64,000 nt of DNA from a virus (Duplodnaviria; Caudoviricetes). The notes below the pieces were generated by a model. It was not told the origin of the DNA. It made no database searches and worked only from the letters and a program-made list of their open reading frames with translations. How positions within the stretch are numbered: the stretch's first letter is position 1; the number at the start of each line of letters is the position of its first letter. Both the position numbers and the translations under genes were made by a program. Below, piece after piece: positions 26,804-37,069 of this stretch. The stretch is taken from positions 1-64,000 of the IMG/VR virus record IMGVR_UViG_2740892201_000001; one strand, given 5' to 3'.

Positions 26804-29113
26804 ATGCCATCAGCTTCCCCATCACTCAATAGCTTCAATGCCGGTGAGTTTTCCCCGCTGATGATGGGGCAGACCAACTTTGAAAAGTGGTCATCCGGCG
26901 TTAAGTCGATGCTGAATTTCATCCCTCGCTCTCAGGGTCCTGCAGAGCGCCGCGGCGGCACCTACTTCGTTTCTGAAGTGAAAAACTCAGGACAGCGAGT
27001 ATGGCTGGCTAAGTTCGAGTTCAACACTACGCAGGCGTTTATTCTTGAGTTTGGCCCTCAGTACATCCGATTCTATTCCGACCATGGCGTAGCGCTTAAC
27101 TCAGACGGCGGAACCCTGGAGGTAGAGACTCCATTTGTCGCTGGCGAACTGACTAACAGTGATGGCGGGTTTGGCCTTTCGATGGTTCAGAGCGGCGATG
27201 TCATCTACATCTGCACGCATACCGGCAACCTGCCTCCGTACAAACTGTCGCGGGAGTCCAATACAAACTGGACGATTGAGCCTTTCGATTACTCCGGAGC
27301 GCACGGACCGTTTCGCGATATCAACTCAGACCGCACCATCACAGTTCACACAGACCAGTTCCGCATCTGGTCGGCCAATGGAGCAACGCGCCCGGATGGT
27401 ACACCTACAACAACCACTCAATGCACCATCTCTGCAAACTCAGCCATTTTCGATTCGAGACATGTGGGCGGGCTCTTCTACATTGAATCGAGCACTGATG
27501 CCGTAACTGATGGTACCGGCAAGGGCGGCTATATTCCGGCTTGGGAGGCAGGGACCACATCAACATTTGCCGTAGGCATGTTTTGCAGAAGTGATGGCAA
27601 ATACTACGAAGATTTGGACGGTTCGCAGACTGGCGCAACTCAGCCTACGTGGACGGCAGGTGCTCATCGTGACGGGCCATCAAACGCATCACTCTGGCGG
27701 TATTCGAACGGCGGCTGGGGAATCATTCAGATCACCTCTGTCGTCAGCAGCACACAGGCCGTAGGCAAAATCCTGACAGAGCTTCCTCCGAGCGTTCGTG
27801 AGTCAACCGGCAATACTTATAAATGGGCGTTTGGTGAGTGGTCTCCCAAATACGGCTTCCCAACAAAGGTGGCTTTCTATAAGAACCGCCTCCTGTTCGC
27901 GGCTCGTGGCAAGCTGTGGTTCTCCGTAGCTTCCGACTATGAGAACTTCACCACCATGACGAATGGGTATGAGGTTCAGTCTGACGATGCAATTAACGTT
28001 CAGATTGAAGCTGATTCAACCAACACCATTCAATGGCTGGCGCCCGGTTCATCTCTGTTGGTTGGCACCGCGGGTGGAGAGCATACATGCTCACCTTCAA
28101 CCACAACGGCTGCATTCGGGCCTGACAACATTCAGATAACCAAAGAGTCATCCTATGGCTCAAAAGGCGTCAACGCAGAGCAGGTTGGCGCTACGTCAAT
28201 GTTTGTTCAGCGCGCCGGATGCAAAGTCAGGGCAGTCCTGTCTGACTTAGAGAGCGGCTCATACAGTACCAGCGACGTGACAATCCTCGCGGAGCACATA
28301 ACCCGTGCCGGCATTGTCGATATGGCCTGGCAGCAGGAGCCGGACTATGTGCTTTGGGTCGTACTCGCTGATGGCTCGCTGGTCGCAATGACCTACAACG
28401 ATGAGCAGAAAGTTACCGCGTGGCATCGTCACGATTTGAATGGCGATGTGGAGGCTGTCTCCTGCATCCCGGACCCTGACGGTATAAGGGATGACCTGTG
28501 GGTCGTGGTGAAGCGAATCGTCAACGGGGAAACAAAGCGCTATGTCGAGTACCTGAGGGCGGCCTGGGACGCCTCTACTGAATCGCTATCAGAAGCGTTC
28601 TATGTTGACTGCGGCCTTAGCTATCGTGGCGAGCCAACCAAAAGCATCTCAGGCCTGTCGCATCTTGAAGGTGAAAAAGTATCAGTGGTCACTGACGGAG
28701 CGGTGCATACAGAGGCTGTTGTTACCGGTGGTGGTATCTCCCTTGAAACATCGGCATCAGTCGTTCACGTAGGCCTGCCATATCGTTCTGAGCTTGTCAC
28801 CCTGCCACTGGAGGCAGGCGGCACGGCCGGCACCTCGCAGGGTAAAACCAAGCGTATCAGCAAGCTGACACTCAGATTCGTTAATACGCTGGGTGGAAAG
28901 GCAGGCCAGTTGGGCGGCAAATATCTGGACACCATAGAGAGCCGCGACTACTCAGACCTCATGGATAACCCGCCTGCTGCCTTTACTGATGACCGGGATA
29001 TCGATTTCGCCGGAGGTTATGACACTCAGGGGTGCATCAGGGTGGTTCAGGACCAGCCCTTGCCGATGACACTGGTTGCTATCTATCCACGCTCATGGAC
29101 AACTGGCGAATGA
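26804..29113 (+). CDS. Tail tubular protein B / nozzle (T7 gp12-like)
   Basis: SFNAGE.SP, RRGG, AW.RH, GL.HLEG, Q.QPLP.T. Confidence 0.88.
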   Translation: MPSASPSLNSFNAGEFSPLMMGQTNFEKWSSGVKSMLNFIPRSQGPAERRGGTYFVSEVKNSGQRVWLAKFEFNTTQAFILEFGPQYIRFYSDHGVALNSDGGTLEVETPFVAGELTNSDGGFGLSMVQSGDVIYICTHTGNLPPYKLSRESNTNWTIEPFDYSGAHGPFRDINSDRTITVHTDQFRIWSANGATRPDGTPTTTTQCTISANSAIFDSRHVGGLFYIESSTDAVTDGTGKGGYIPAWEAGTTSTFAVGMFCRSDGKYYEDLDGSQTGATQPTWTAGAHRDGPSNASLWRYSNGGWGIIQITSVVSSTQAVGKILTELPPSVRESTGNTYKWAFGEWSPKYGFPTKVAFYKNRLLFAARGKLWFSVASDYENFTTMTNGYEVQSDDAINVQIEADSTNTIQWLAPGSSLLVGTAGGEHTCSPSTTTAAFGPDNIQITKESSYGSKGVNAEQVGATSMFVQRAGCKVRAVLSDLESGSYSTSDVTILAEHITRAGIVDMAWQQEPDYVLWVVLADGSLVAMTYNDEQKVTAWHRHDLNGDVEAVSCIPDPDGIRDDLWVVVKRIVNGETKRYVEYLRAAWDASTESLSEAFYVDCGLSYRGEPTKSISGLSHLEGEKVSVVTDGAVHTEAVVTGGGISLETSASVVHVGLPYRSELVTLPLEAGGTAGTSQGKTKRISKLTLRFVNTLGGKAGQLGGKYLDTIESRDYSDLMDNPPAAFTDDRDIDFAGGYDTQGCIRVVQDQPLPMTLVAIYPRSWTTGE

Positions 29114-29553
29114 AAATAATCCCCTATGAACCTCAACACCTGCTGGAAATCACCCCTCAGAAAAGCCAGTCATCACTGGAAAGAACGCCAGAGCGTGCTC
29201 ATCAGTTAGCCAGCTATCACAGTTTCACTGGTGTGATTGATGATCGCGTTGTCGCTATCGGGGGGCTGGTTGAGCTTAACCCTATCCGGGCGTATCTGTA
29301 CCTGATTGTCACAGAAGACATCCCACACCAGTGGACTCAGCTGTACCGGGCGGCAAGGCGGCTTATTGATGCGGGTCTGAATGACTATGTCAGGCTCGAA
29401 ACCATGTCCTCCTTTCCGGAGGCAGAAAGGTGGCTTGAGCTGATCGGCTTTGAGTATGAGGGAACCATGCGCCGTGCAGGGCCAGATGGTGAGGACGCCA
29501 AAATGTACAGCATAGTGAGGTCTGGTGATGCAATTTACACAGGCAGTAAATAA
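29110..29553 (+). CDS. GNAT-like protein (T7 gp13 position)
   Basis: RWLELIGFEYEG.MR motif; ATGA overlap. Confidence 0.7.
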   Translation: MKIIPYEPQHLLEITPQKSQSSLERTPERAHQLASYHSFTGVIDDRVVAIGGLVELNPIRAYLYLIVTEDIPHQWTQLYRAARRLIDAGLNDYVRLETMSSFPEAERWLELIGFEYEGTMRRAGPDGEDAKMYSIVRSGDAIYTGSK

Positions 29554-30007
29554 CAACCCAGCCGCATGGTCATCCGTTGCCTCATCGGGTCTGAGCAGCG
29601 TAAGCACAATGGCTCAGGGCTACACGGCATCACGCAACAGCAACTACAACGCGTCACTGCTTGATCAGCAGGCGCGTACTGTTGCGCTACAGACCGGCTC
29701 GCAAACTGCGCAGATTCGCAGGCAGGGGAGTCAGGCTCTTGCGGGTCAGTCCGCTGCGTTTGCTGATAATGGCACCGGGAGCGGAGGGAGTAACGCACTC
29801 ATTCAGCGCTCAACTGCGATCGACACTGAGATGGACGCGGCAACTGCTGACTATAACGGCAGAATGCAGATGGCTGAGCTGCAGAATCAGGCGTCCGCAC
29901 AGCGGGCTCAGGCAAAAGCACAGCGTCCCGGTCTGGTCAGTCTGCTGGGTGGCATCAGTGGCGCGGCAGGAAGTTACTACAGCACTTCGGCAATGACAAA
30001 ACGGTAG
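29525..30007 (+). CDS. Internal virion/ejection protein (gp14-like)
   Basis: Gln/Ala/Ser-rich; G.Q.AA.A..G...GS motif. Confidence 0.75.
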   Translation: MMQFTQAVNNNPAAWSSVASSGLSSVSTMAQGYTASRNSNYNASLLDQQARTVALQTGSQTAQIRRQGSQALAGQSAAFADNGTGSGGSNALIQRSTAIDTEMDAATADYNGRMQMAELQNQASAQRAQAKAQRPGLVSLLGGISGAAGSYYSTSAMTKR

Positions 30008-30014
30008 GTTAATA

Positions 30015-32621
30015 ATGGCACGAATTCCGGTATACGATCGTCAGGTAGGGTTACGCGCTGGCGGCCCATCTCCGGTTAGCCTGCCGTCGCAGTCAACTGA
30101 TACTCAGATGCTCCAGCAGGGCGTCAACTCCTTTGCCGATGCGGCCGTCAGATTGCAGCAGCAGCAGAACTCAGTTCGCGGCACGCAGTACATGACTGAC
30201 TTTGTTAACTCTCAGTCATCACTAGGCAAGGCGCTGAATGACGCTCAGCAGCAATCGAAAGACGGCATCGACTACATCCCGGCTGCACAGCAACTGATTA
30301 AGCAACACCAGGAAGATTTCTTCTCCCAGCACCCCGGCATGAGCGACACCGAAAAGCAGGACTACACCCTTCGCTGGGCGCAGTCACGCGGCCAGCTTGA
30401 GAATCAGGCGATTAACTGGGGCCAGAATCAGGCTAAGCAGATTTCAGTCGCTAACCTGAATGACAGCGCGGCTGCGGTTGGGAATGCGATTCTGCAGGAC
30501 CCTAACACAGCCAAAGCGCTTGCCGTTGCCCACCTGCAGGCGATAGACCAGAGCGATCTGGACCCGGCAACGAAGACTGAGATTGCCAGCCGCTCCCGAA
30601 ACATGTGGGCGCTGTCTGCAGCGCAGTACGGCATCCAGAAAGATGCTCAACATGTAATCGACCAGCACGGTGCATTTCAGGCAGCTCAGACCGTTGGTGC
30701 CGGTGATGGCGCATCAATGCCATCAGGCTCGCCTTCCACTCTGGCTACCCGAAATAACAACCCGCTGAATATCCGCTTCAGCAATACGAATAATTGGGCG
30801 GGAAAGGGCGGCGATAACGGCACTGGCTTTGAGCAGTTTGACACGCCTGACCACGGATTCCGTGCGGGCCTCAAGCTGATGCGTAACCACATCAACAATG
30901 GCAGCGATACCCTCTCCAGTTTAATCAGTAAGTGGGCGCCGGCAGGAGACAACAACAACCCTGTCCAGTATGCGCAGTCAGTGAGCCAGCAAACCGGCAT
31001 TCCTGTCGACGCAAAACTTAACCCTAATGACCCGCAGCAAATGACGGCTGTCGCCAAAGCAATGGCGCGTCAGGAAGGATATGGCGCTCCGGTGAGCGAC
31101 TCTCAACTGAGCCGGGCATGGTCATCACAGAGAGATCCGAATCAGCTTGCCCCTGGCGTTCCATGGGGTCAGCTAACCCCTCAGCAGACAAATGGGATCA
31201 TTAATCAGGCGCAGGCAAAGGTTGATCAGCAGAATACGCAGCGCCGCCTGCTGATGCAGGACCAGATGCGCAACGACACCGCCCTGATTGAGTCTGGCAA
31301 TCCGGTCGCAAACCCGATCAGCCGCGAGCAGTGGATGAGCACAGCACCGCATGACGCCACACCTGAGCAGCTGACTATTCTGGATAAGCAGTTCCAGCAG
31401 TACGCACTGCTGAATCAGCTGCAGCCCATCTACTCCGACATCAATACGAAGTCGGCGGGTGAGGGGCTGGCGTCAGTGCAAGGCATCAGGCCAACGGGAA
31501 GCGAGGACGATTTTGCTTTCCGCCAGCAGCGTTACCAGCAGGCTATCCAGAAATATCAGCAAGTAATCGGCGCTCGTGAAAAAGACCCGGGCGGCTGGCT
31601 GGCCCAGAACTCCCCTGAAGTGAAGGCGGCTTACCAGACCTACCAGCAGGACCCGTCTCAGGGTGCGTTGCTGGCTCAGGCTATTCTGGTGGACAAGTCC
31701 CGGCTTGGAATAAAGAGCAAGGACGTTCTTCCGGATGCGCTGGCTGATGGCATTCTGCAGCAGATTGACACCAGCAAGGAGCAGAGCGTGGCTGCGATTC
31801 AGAATATCGCCGGTCAGTTCGGCCCCTATGCAGATCAGGTTATGCAGCAGGTGCAGAAGAAAGCGGGTCCCGTTCTTCAGGTCGTGATGGCAACGGATAA
31901 CCCGCGTTCGGCGAATACCTTGTGGCAGAACCGCAACGTGAAGACCGGCGATATCAAAGACGCAATCAATACGGATAACAAGGGTGCATCTGACTCTGCA
32001 GACAGTGAGTGGGCCAGCCAGTCAAAGGACTTTGCAACCACGATGGTTAATCAGCCTGGTGGCGTTGGCGTCTGGAATAACTTCAACGAACAGGGCCGCC
32101 GTCTGACCTACCTCAACATTCAGAAAGGTATGAGCCCGGGCGATGCAGCAAAGCAGGCCTATCAGGATGTTCTCGGTTCGCAGTATCAGACGCAGGGCTC
32201 ATGGCGGCTGCCGGTTAAGTACGGACTGGATTTGAGTGATGTAAGAGATGGCGCAAATCATTATCTGGAAAACCTGAAGGCAGACCAGATTATGCCGTTG
32301 CAGGGTGACCCGCGGCTGGGTGATGAAATAAACCGGCAGCAAAGCCTTTCTCGAATTCGTGATAATGCAGAGTGGGTAACCAACGCTGATGAAACCGGCC
32401 TGATTCTAACGCTGAATGGTCTGGTGGTTAACGGCAGCAACGGAACGCCTATCACCGCCAACTTCAATGACCTGTCTAAAGCGGGCCAGCAGAATCGAGG
32501 GCTGATCAACAGCATCGGCAAGTTCTTCTCATCGCCAACCAAGTTTGACGCGAAGAAAGGCGGCATGACGCCGGAGCGCGCATTGTTCGGTGATAACTTC
32601 CAGCAAGGAGTACAGCGTTGA
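30015..32621 (+). CDS. Internal virion protein with lysozyme-like domain
   Basis: RNNNPLNIR...F.TP..G..A...I.KWAP...N.P..Y insert; Gln-rich helical body. Confidence 0.8.
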   Translation: MARIPVYDRQVGLRAGGPSPVSLPSQSTDTQMLQQGVNSFADAAVRLQQQQNSVRGTQYMTDFVNSQSSLGKALNDAQQQSKDGIDYIPAAQQLIKQHQEDFFSQHPGMSDTEKQDYTLRWAQSRGQLENQAINWGQNQAKQISVANLNDSAAAVGNAILQDPNTAKALAVAHLQAIDQSDLDPATKTEIASRSRNMWALSAAQYGIQKDAQHVIDQHGAFQAAQTVGAGDGASMPSGSPSTLATRNNNPLNIRFSNTNNWAGKGGDNGTGFEQFDTPDHGFRAGLKLMRNHINNGSDTLSSLISKWAPAGDNNNPVQYAQSVSQQTGIPVDAKLNPNDPQQMTAVAKAMARQEGYGAPVSDSQLSRAWSSQRDPNQLAPGVPWGQLTPQQTNGIINQAQAKVDQQNTQRRLLMQDQMRNDTALIESGNPVANPISREQWMSTAPHDATPEQLTILDKQFQQYALLNQLQPIYSDINTKSAGEGLASVQGIRPTGSEDDFAFRQQRYQQAIQKYQQVIGAREKDPGGWLAQNSPEVKAAYQTYQQDPSQGALLAQAILVDKSRLGIKSKDVLPDALADGILQQIDTSKEQSVAAIQNIAGQFGPYADQVMQQVQKKAGPVLQVVMATDNPRSANTLWQNRNVKTGDIKDAINTDNKGASDSADSEWASQSKDFATTMVNQPGGVGVWNNFNEQGRRLTYLNIQKGMSPGDAAKQAYQDVLGSQYQTQGSWRLPVKYGLDLSDVRDGANHYLENLKADQIMPLQGDPRLGDEINRQQSLSRIRDNAEWVTNADETGLILTLNGLVVNGSNGTPITANFNDLSKAGQQNRGLINSIGKFFSSPTKFDAKKGGMTPERALFGDNFQQGVQR

Positions 32622-34288
32622 CGATTTACACACAAGACCCGGGTCAGGGTATTAACCAGCCAATCGGCAATGCCGCGTCAGGTCTTGGTGAATCGCTTGC
32701 TGCTACTTTCGAGCAGGGGTTTGAAGAAGGACCGTTTAACTCTGCATTGCGCCTTAACCGCGCTTACGGACAGTTAAATGATACCTCATCAGCGATGGTG
32801 CCGAAGGCACAGGCTGACGCGACGCTGAAGCAGTACGGTGTCAAAAGCATCAACATCCCGGATGAGGGCGTTACCCAGACATATCTGGATAATGTGGTAT
32901 CGAACCGAAAGGACACGCTGGCGAAGCAGCAGATCGCCGCTGCAGCTCCATCTGGCTTTGTTGCCACGCCTCTTAACGTGATGGCAAACCTCGCTGGCGC
33001 AATGGCAGACCCGGGCAACCTTGCTTTGGCTCTGGTGCCGTTCGCTGGCGAGGCGCGCGCAGCGACATTGCTTGGGCGTGCCGGAGAGAGATTTCTGCAG
33101 GGCGCAGCAATGGGCGGACTCCAGACCGGCGCAACTCTTCCGACCATGGCAATGGCATCGGCGGCGGAGGGTGATGATTTCACGCTGGGAAGCGCCATGG
33201 AGAACCTTTTCTATGGCACGGTCGGCGGCGGCCTGCTTCATGCCGGTGGCGGAGTAATTGCCGATTTGGTTAGGGGGCGCCGGCCCACCGTCACCAGTGA
33301 GTCGCCACTTGAAACAACAGCGCGTGTTGAGCCTGTTTCTGAGCCGGTATCGCCGAGTCGCGTATCAGCAGGTGAGCCTGATAATGCATCGCCGTTACTT
33401 GACCAGACCATTTCACGTGAGGCTGACAATTACGCCTACAGCCGCGCATATGATGACGTGATCCCTGAGTATCAGCAGTCGCTTCAGAACCTGCAGCAGG
33501 GCCGAATCGATAACGTAGCTGACCTGCGGGCGGAGATGGCCGCAAATGAGCATGCAGCCAGTCGGCTGGATGCAACGCTTAAATCGCGGACTGAACAATA
33601 TCAGCAACAGCGTATTAAGTATCGCGATGCACGTCAGCGAGCGCTGGCCGATATTGAAAGTGAAAAGCAGGCTCTCTCTTCACGTAACGACGAAATAAAT
33701 CAGGCTCTGGAAGGTAATGCCGCGGCAGAGAAAGCCTCAGGGGAGCTAAGCGCAATCGGTCGCGGAGAAATCCCTGACGGACTGGCAGGAAGAATCAGCG
33801 ATCGTGCCGGTCAGATAAAGTCCGGGCTGCAGCGCACCTCTCTTGCTGAGGGGGTTCGAACAGCCGCGCAGAGAATCGACGAAGCCCACTGGACTCAGCG
33901 ACAGAATGCTTTTAGAGCAGGACTGTCGCACATGATGCAGGGTAAAGCGCCAGACGTTGAGCCTTTCTTCGATATGACCGCGCCCGAACTGCGGGAGCCA
34001 TCAATCGAGCAAATCAGAAAAGGCCCGCGCAGCGATACCGAGCCATCTACAGTGAACGCCAGCAGGGATGCAGAAGCAGACTACCAGCGAGCAAGTCGTG
34101 ATGATGCTGACCTGCTGAATGCTCAGGAAGATTTTGAATCTGAGCTGGCGCTGGCTAAAAGCCGTGTCGATGAGCTGGACTCGCCGGAACTGCGTGAGGC
34201 GCTGGGTGAAATTCAGAAGCAAGCCAGTGACGAAAGTCTGGTCAAAGGGTATCAGGAATATGCAGCCTGTATGCTCAGGAGAATGTAA
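32618..34288 (+). CDS. Internal virion/ejection protein (TTG start)
   Basis: 556 aa; AAGGAG SD; DP.N...LVPF.G motif. Confidence 0.75.
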   Translation: MTIYTQDPGQGINQPIGNAASGLGESLAATFEQGFEEGPFNSALRLNRAYGQLNDTSSAMVPKAQADATLKQYGVKSINIPDEGVTQTYLDNVVSNRKDTLAKQQIAAAAPSGFVATPLNVMANLAGAMADPGNLALALVPFAGEARAATLLGRAGERFLQGAAMGGLQTGATLPTMAMASAAEGDDFTLGSAMENLFYGTVGGGLLHAGGGVIADLVRGRRPTVTSESPLETTARVEPVSEPVSPSRVSAGEPDNASPLLDQTISREADNYAYSRAYDDVIPEYQQSLQNLQQGRIDNVADLRAEMAANEHAASRLDATLKSRTEQYQQQRIKYRDARQRALADIESEKQALSSRNDEINQALEGNAAAEKASGELSAIGRGEIPDGLAGRISDRAGQIKSGLQRTSLAEGVRTAAQRIDEAHWTQRQNAFRAGLSHMMQGKAPDVEPFFDMTAPELREPSIEQIRKGPRSDTEPSTVNASRDAEADYQRASRDDADLLNAQEDFESELALAKSRVDELDSPELREALGEIQKQASDESLVKGYQEYAACMLRRM

Positions 34289-36828
34289 TGGCTAATCAGT
34301 TTCTGACGCAGTGCGAGCAGGCAGTCAACAAGGCAGCCGGGCGTGAACTGTCTGAGCAGGAAATGGAAACGCTGGTGCGCGACATGGAAAATACCGTGAA
34401 GCGTATCCGGGCTGAGAATGAGGGAATTTCACTGCAGGATGCGGCGCTACGTGCAGCGGAAGAGTTAGGTAATCAGGAAAAGCTGGCAAACGTCATTGAG
34501 GCGCGTAACAAGGCAATCAATACCCGGGTGGCAGCTGAGCGACTGGCATTTCTGCGAGACAGCTTCCCGGATCGGCCAGACATTGGGCTGTCAGCTATTC
34601 TTGTTGGTCGCAACGAGGCTCGAACCGGTAGCCGATCATCTGCTTCATCAGAGCAGTTTCAGTTGCGCTCTAAATACCTTTCATGCCTGAACCATGACCT
34701 CGAACAGGCTGACGTGCTGAAGTTCCTTGCGGCCGGCACAAATGATGCTGAGGTTGCGGATGCGATGTGGCGACTGGGTAAGGGTGAGTCTACTACTGGC
34801 CTGCGGGCTGAGTCAGTGAAGATTGCGGAGATTATCACCAAGTGGCAGGAAGCAGCTCGCATTGACGCGAACAAGGCTGGCGCATGGATTCGCAAAATGC
34901 CTGGCTACATTGCCCGTCAGGGGCATGACATGATGAAAATCCGCGCCGCGGGCTTTGATGCGTGGAAGCAGTCAATCCTGCCACGGCTGGACAATGCCAC
35001 TTTTGAGGGTGTTACAGACACTGATGCTTTTCTGCGAAACGTATATGACGGTCTGGCATCTGGTGTCCATCTGTCCTCCGAAAAGCCTGACTGGATGAAA
35101 GGCTTCAAAGGCTCGCAGAACGTAGCACGACGTGCCAGTCAGGAGCGCGTGCTGCACTTTAAAGACGGTATTGCATGGCACGAGTACAATCAGCAATACG
35201 GTGTTGGCAGCCTGCGTGAGGCGATATTTGGCGGCCTTGAATCCTCAGCCCGCAACACTGGTCTGATGCGCGTCCTGGGTACAAACCCGGAGAACATGCT
35301 TAACTATCTGGCCGACACGGTTTCTAACGATCTGCGCGGCAATGAAAAAGGCATGCGCGCCTTCACGGATGCGCGCCGAAGCCAGATTAAAAGCCAGATG
35401 GCAGAGGTGACCGGCGCAACAAACATCCCAGGCTCAACTGCGCTTGCCCGCTTTGGCTCAACCACCCGCGCCGTGGATTCAATGATTAAGCTTGGCGGCG
35501 CGCTGATTTCATCCTTCAACGACCTTGCCAGTAACGCGCTGGAACTCCGCTATCAGGGGAAGAGTTTCCCGCAGGCGCTGACTGAGTCTATTCAGGGGCG
35601 ACTTAAGCGATACTCTGCACCTGAGCAGAAGCAGATTCTCAGCTCACTTGGCGTTTACGCCGACTCAATGCGTGATGAAATCCTGCAGCGCTTCTCAGGC
35701 GACGTTACTCTTCCCGGCAAGGTTTCCCGTCTACAGCGCCAGTTCTTCAAGCTCAACGGCCTTAACTGGTGGACAGATGCTTCACGTAACACGACGGCCA
35801 CGATGATTTCTCACTGGCTGGCTGACAACGCCGGTTCCGTACACGCATCGCTGAACGGCGATTTAAAGCGCGCCCTTGACCTGCACGGCATTGGTGAGGC
35901 TGAGTGGAACGTCTATCGCCAGATGGATTTGAAAGGCTCTGAAGGCCGCAAATTCATGACGCCTGACGGAATTGATTCAATCCCCGACGACGTCATCGCG
36001 AAGTATGTTTCCGATCGCAATGTTAACGTGAACGAGAAAAGCCTTCAGGCAGGCCGTGAGCAACTGGCTGATAAGTTACGTGGATATGTGCTCGATCGCG
36101 TCATGGTAGCAATGACAGAGCCTACGGCACGAACCCGCGCACTGATGAAGCAGGGGACGCAACCGGGAACGGTAGAAGGTGAACTGCTTCGCTTTATCGG
36201 ACAGTACAAATCCTTTACCGCATCTTTCATGCAGCAGGCGCTGGGTCGTGAAGTGTTTGGTCGCGGCTACACACCTGCACCGCTGGGTCAGGGGCGATGG
36301 GGTAGCGTGCAGAACGCACTGTTTAAAAGCGGGAAGGGTGAGATGGTTGGGCTGGCTCAGCTTTTCCTGTGGATGACCACGTTCGGATATCTATCCATGC
36401 AGACAAAGCTGATGCTGAAGGGGCAGACGCCACGACCGGCAGATAGCAAAACATTGCTGGCAGCAGCGGCGCAGGGTGGCGGGCTGGGGATATTCGGAGA
36501 CTTCCTTTTCGGCGAAGCAAACCGATTTGGTAATGGTCCGGTAACCTCTCTGGCAGGTCCAGTCGCCGGTAACCTTGATGAGATCGTGACGCTTTTTCAG
36601 AAAGCCAGAGCAGGTGACGCTAAGGCGGGGGATGCCTTCAGATTTAGTGTAGACCACACGCCATTCATCAACCTTTTCTGGGCGCGGCCGGTAATGAACT
36701 ACCTCATCCTTAATCAGCTGCAGGAGTCTTTATCTCCCGGCTCCCTGCATCGTTATGAGCAGAACATCAGGAAAAATCAGGGCAACGATTTTCTTGTGCC
36801 GCCGTCTCAATTCATGCTCGGCCGATAA
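34288..36828 (+). CDS. Large internal virion protein
   Basis: 846 aa; R.LHFKD...W..Y, QGGGLGIFGDFL, P..NL.W. Confidence 0.8.
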   Translation: MANQFLTQCEQAVNKAAGRELSEQEMETLVRDMENTVKRIRAENEGISLQDAALRAAEELGNQEKLANVIEARNKAINTRVAAERLAFLRDSFPDRPDIGLSAILVGRNEARTGSRSSASSEQFQLRSKYLSCLNHDLEQADVLKFLAAGTNDAEVADAMWRLGKGESTTGLRAESVKIAEIITKWQEAARIDANKAGAWIRKMPGYIARQGHDMMKIRAAGFDAWKQSILPRLDNATFEGVTDTDAFLRNVYDGLASGVHLSSEKPDWMKGFKGSQNVARRASQERVLHFKDGIAWHEYNQQYGVGSLREAIFGGLESSARNTGLMRVLGTNPENMLNYLADTVSNDLRGNEKGMRAFTDARRSQIKSQMAEVTGATNIPGSTALARFGSTTRAVDSMIKLGGALISSFNDLASNALELRYQGKSFPQALTESIQGRLKRYSAPEQKQILSSLGVYADSMRDEILQRFSGDVTLPGKVSRLQRQFFKLNGLNWWTDASRNTTATMISHWLADNAGSVHASLNGDLKRALDLHGIGEAEWNVYRQMDLKGSEGRKFMTPDGIDSIPDDVIAKYVSDRNVNVNEKSLQAGREQLADKLRGYVLDRVMVAMTEPTARTRALMKQGTQPGTVEGELLRFIGQYKSFTASFMQQALGREVFGRGYTPAPLGQGRWGSVQNALFKSGKGEMVGLAQLFLWMTTFGYLSMQTKLMLKGQTPRPADSKTLLAAAAQGGGLGIFGDFLFGEANRFGNGPVTSLAGPVAGNLDEIVTLFQKARAGDAKAGDAFRFSVDHTPFINLFWARPVMNYLILNQLQESLSPGSLHRYEQNIRKNQGNDFLVPPSQFMLGR

Positions 36829-37015
36829 GCCTTTTGAAAGCTTCACCAACCCAAACCACAAAAGCCATTGAGTAATAGGCCCATGCGAACATCAGTACCA
36901 TCGCCGGGCCCACCAGAAACCCCCACCAGTCCAGATAAGGGATGGAGATAATAGATAGCACCGCCGCCGCAATGGCGGTCATTTCAATGTCGCTTGTCTG
37001 AATGTTTCGCATCAA
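36812..37015 (-). CDS. Small two-TM membrane protein, counter-oriented
   Basis: 67 aa hydrophobic; GAGGG SD. Confidence 0.6.
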   Translation of the reverse strand: MMRNIQTSDIEMTAIAAAVLSIISIPYLDWWGFLVGPAMVLMFAWAYYSMAFVVWVGEAFKRLIGRA

Positions 37016-37069
37016 CCCTCTTACCGCAGGATTTACCTGTGGGGATTACACACGCCCGGAGAAAGGCAG

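Noticed and set aside
20152-36657. Numerous antisense and alternate-frame ORFs in the virion module
   Set aside because: Shadow ORFs of long, well-supported structural genes, with no SDs or recognisable motifs
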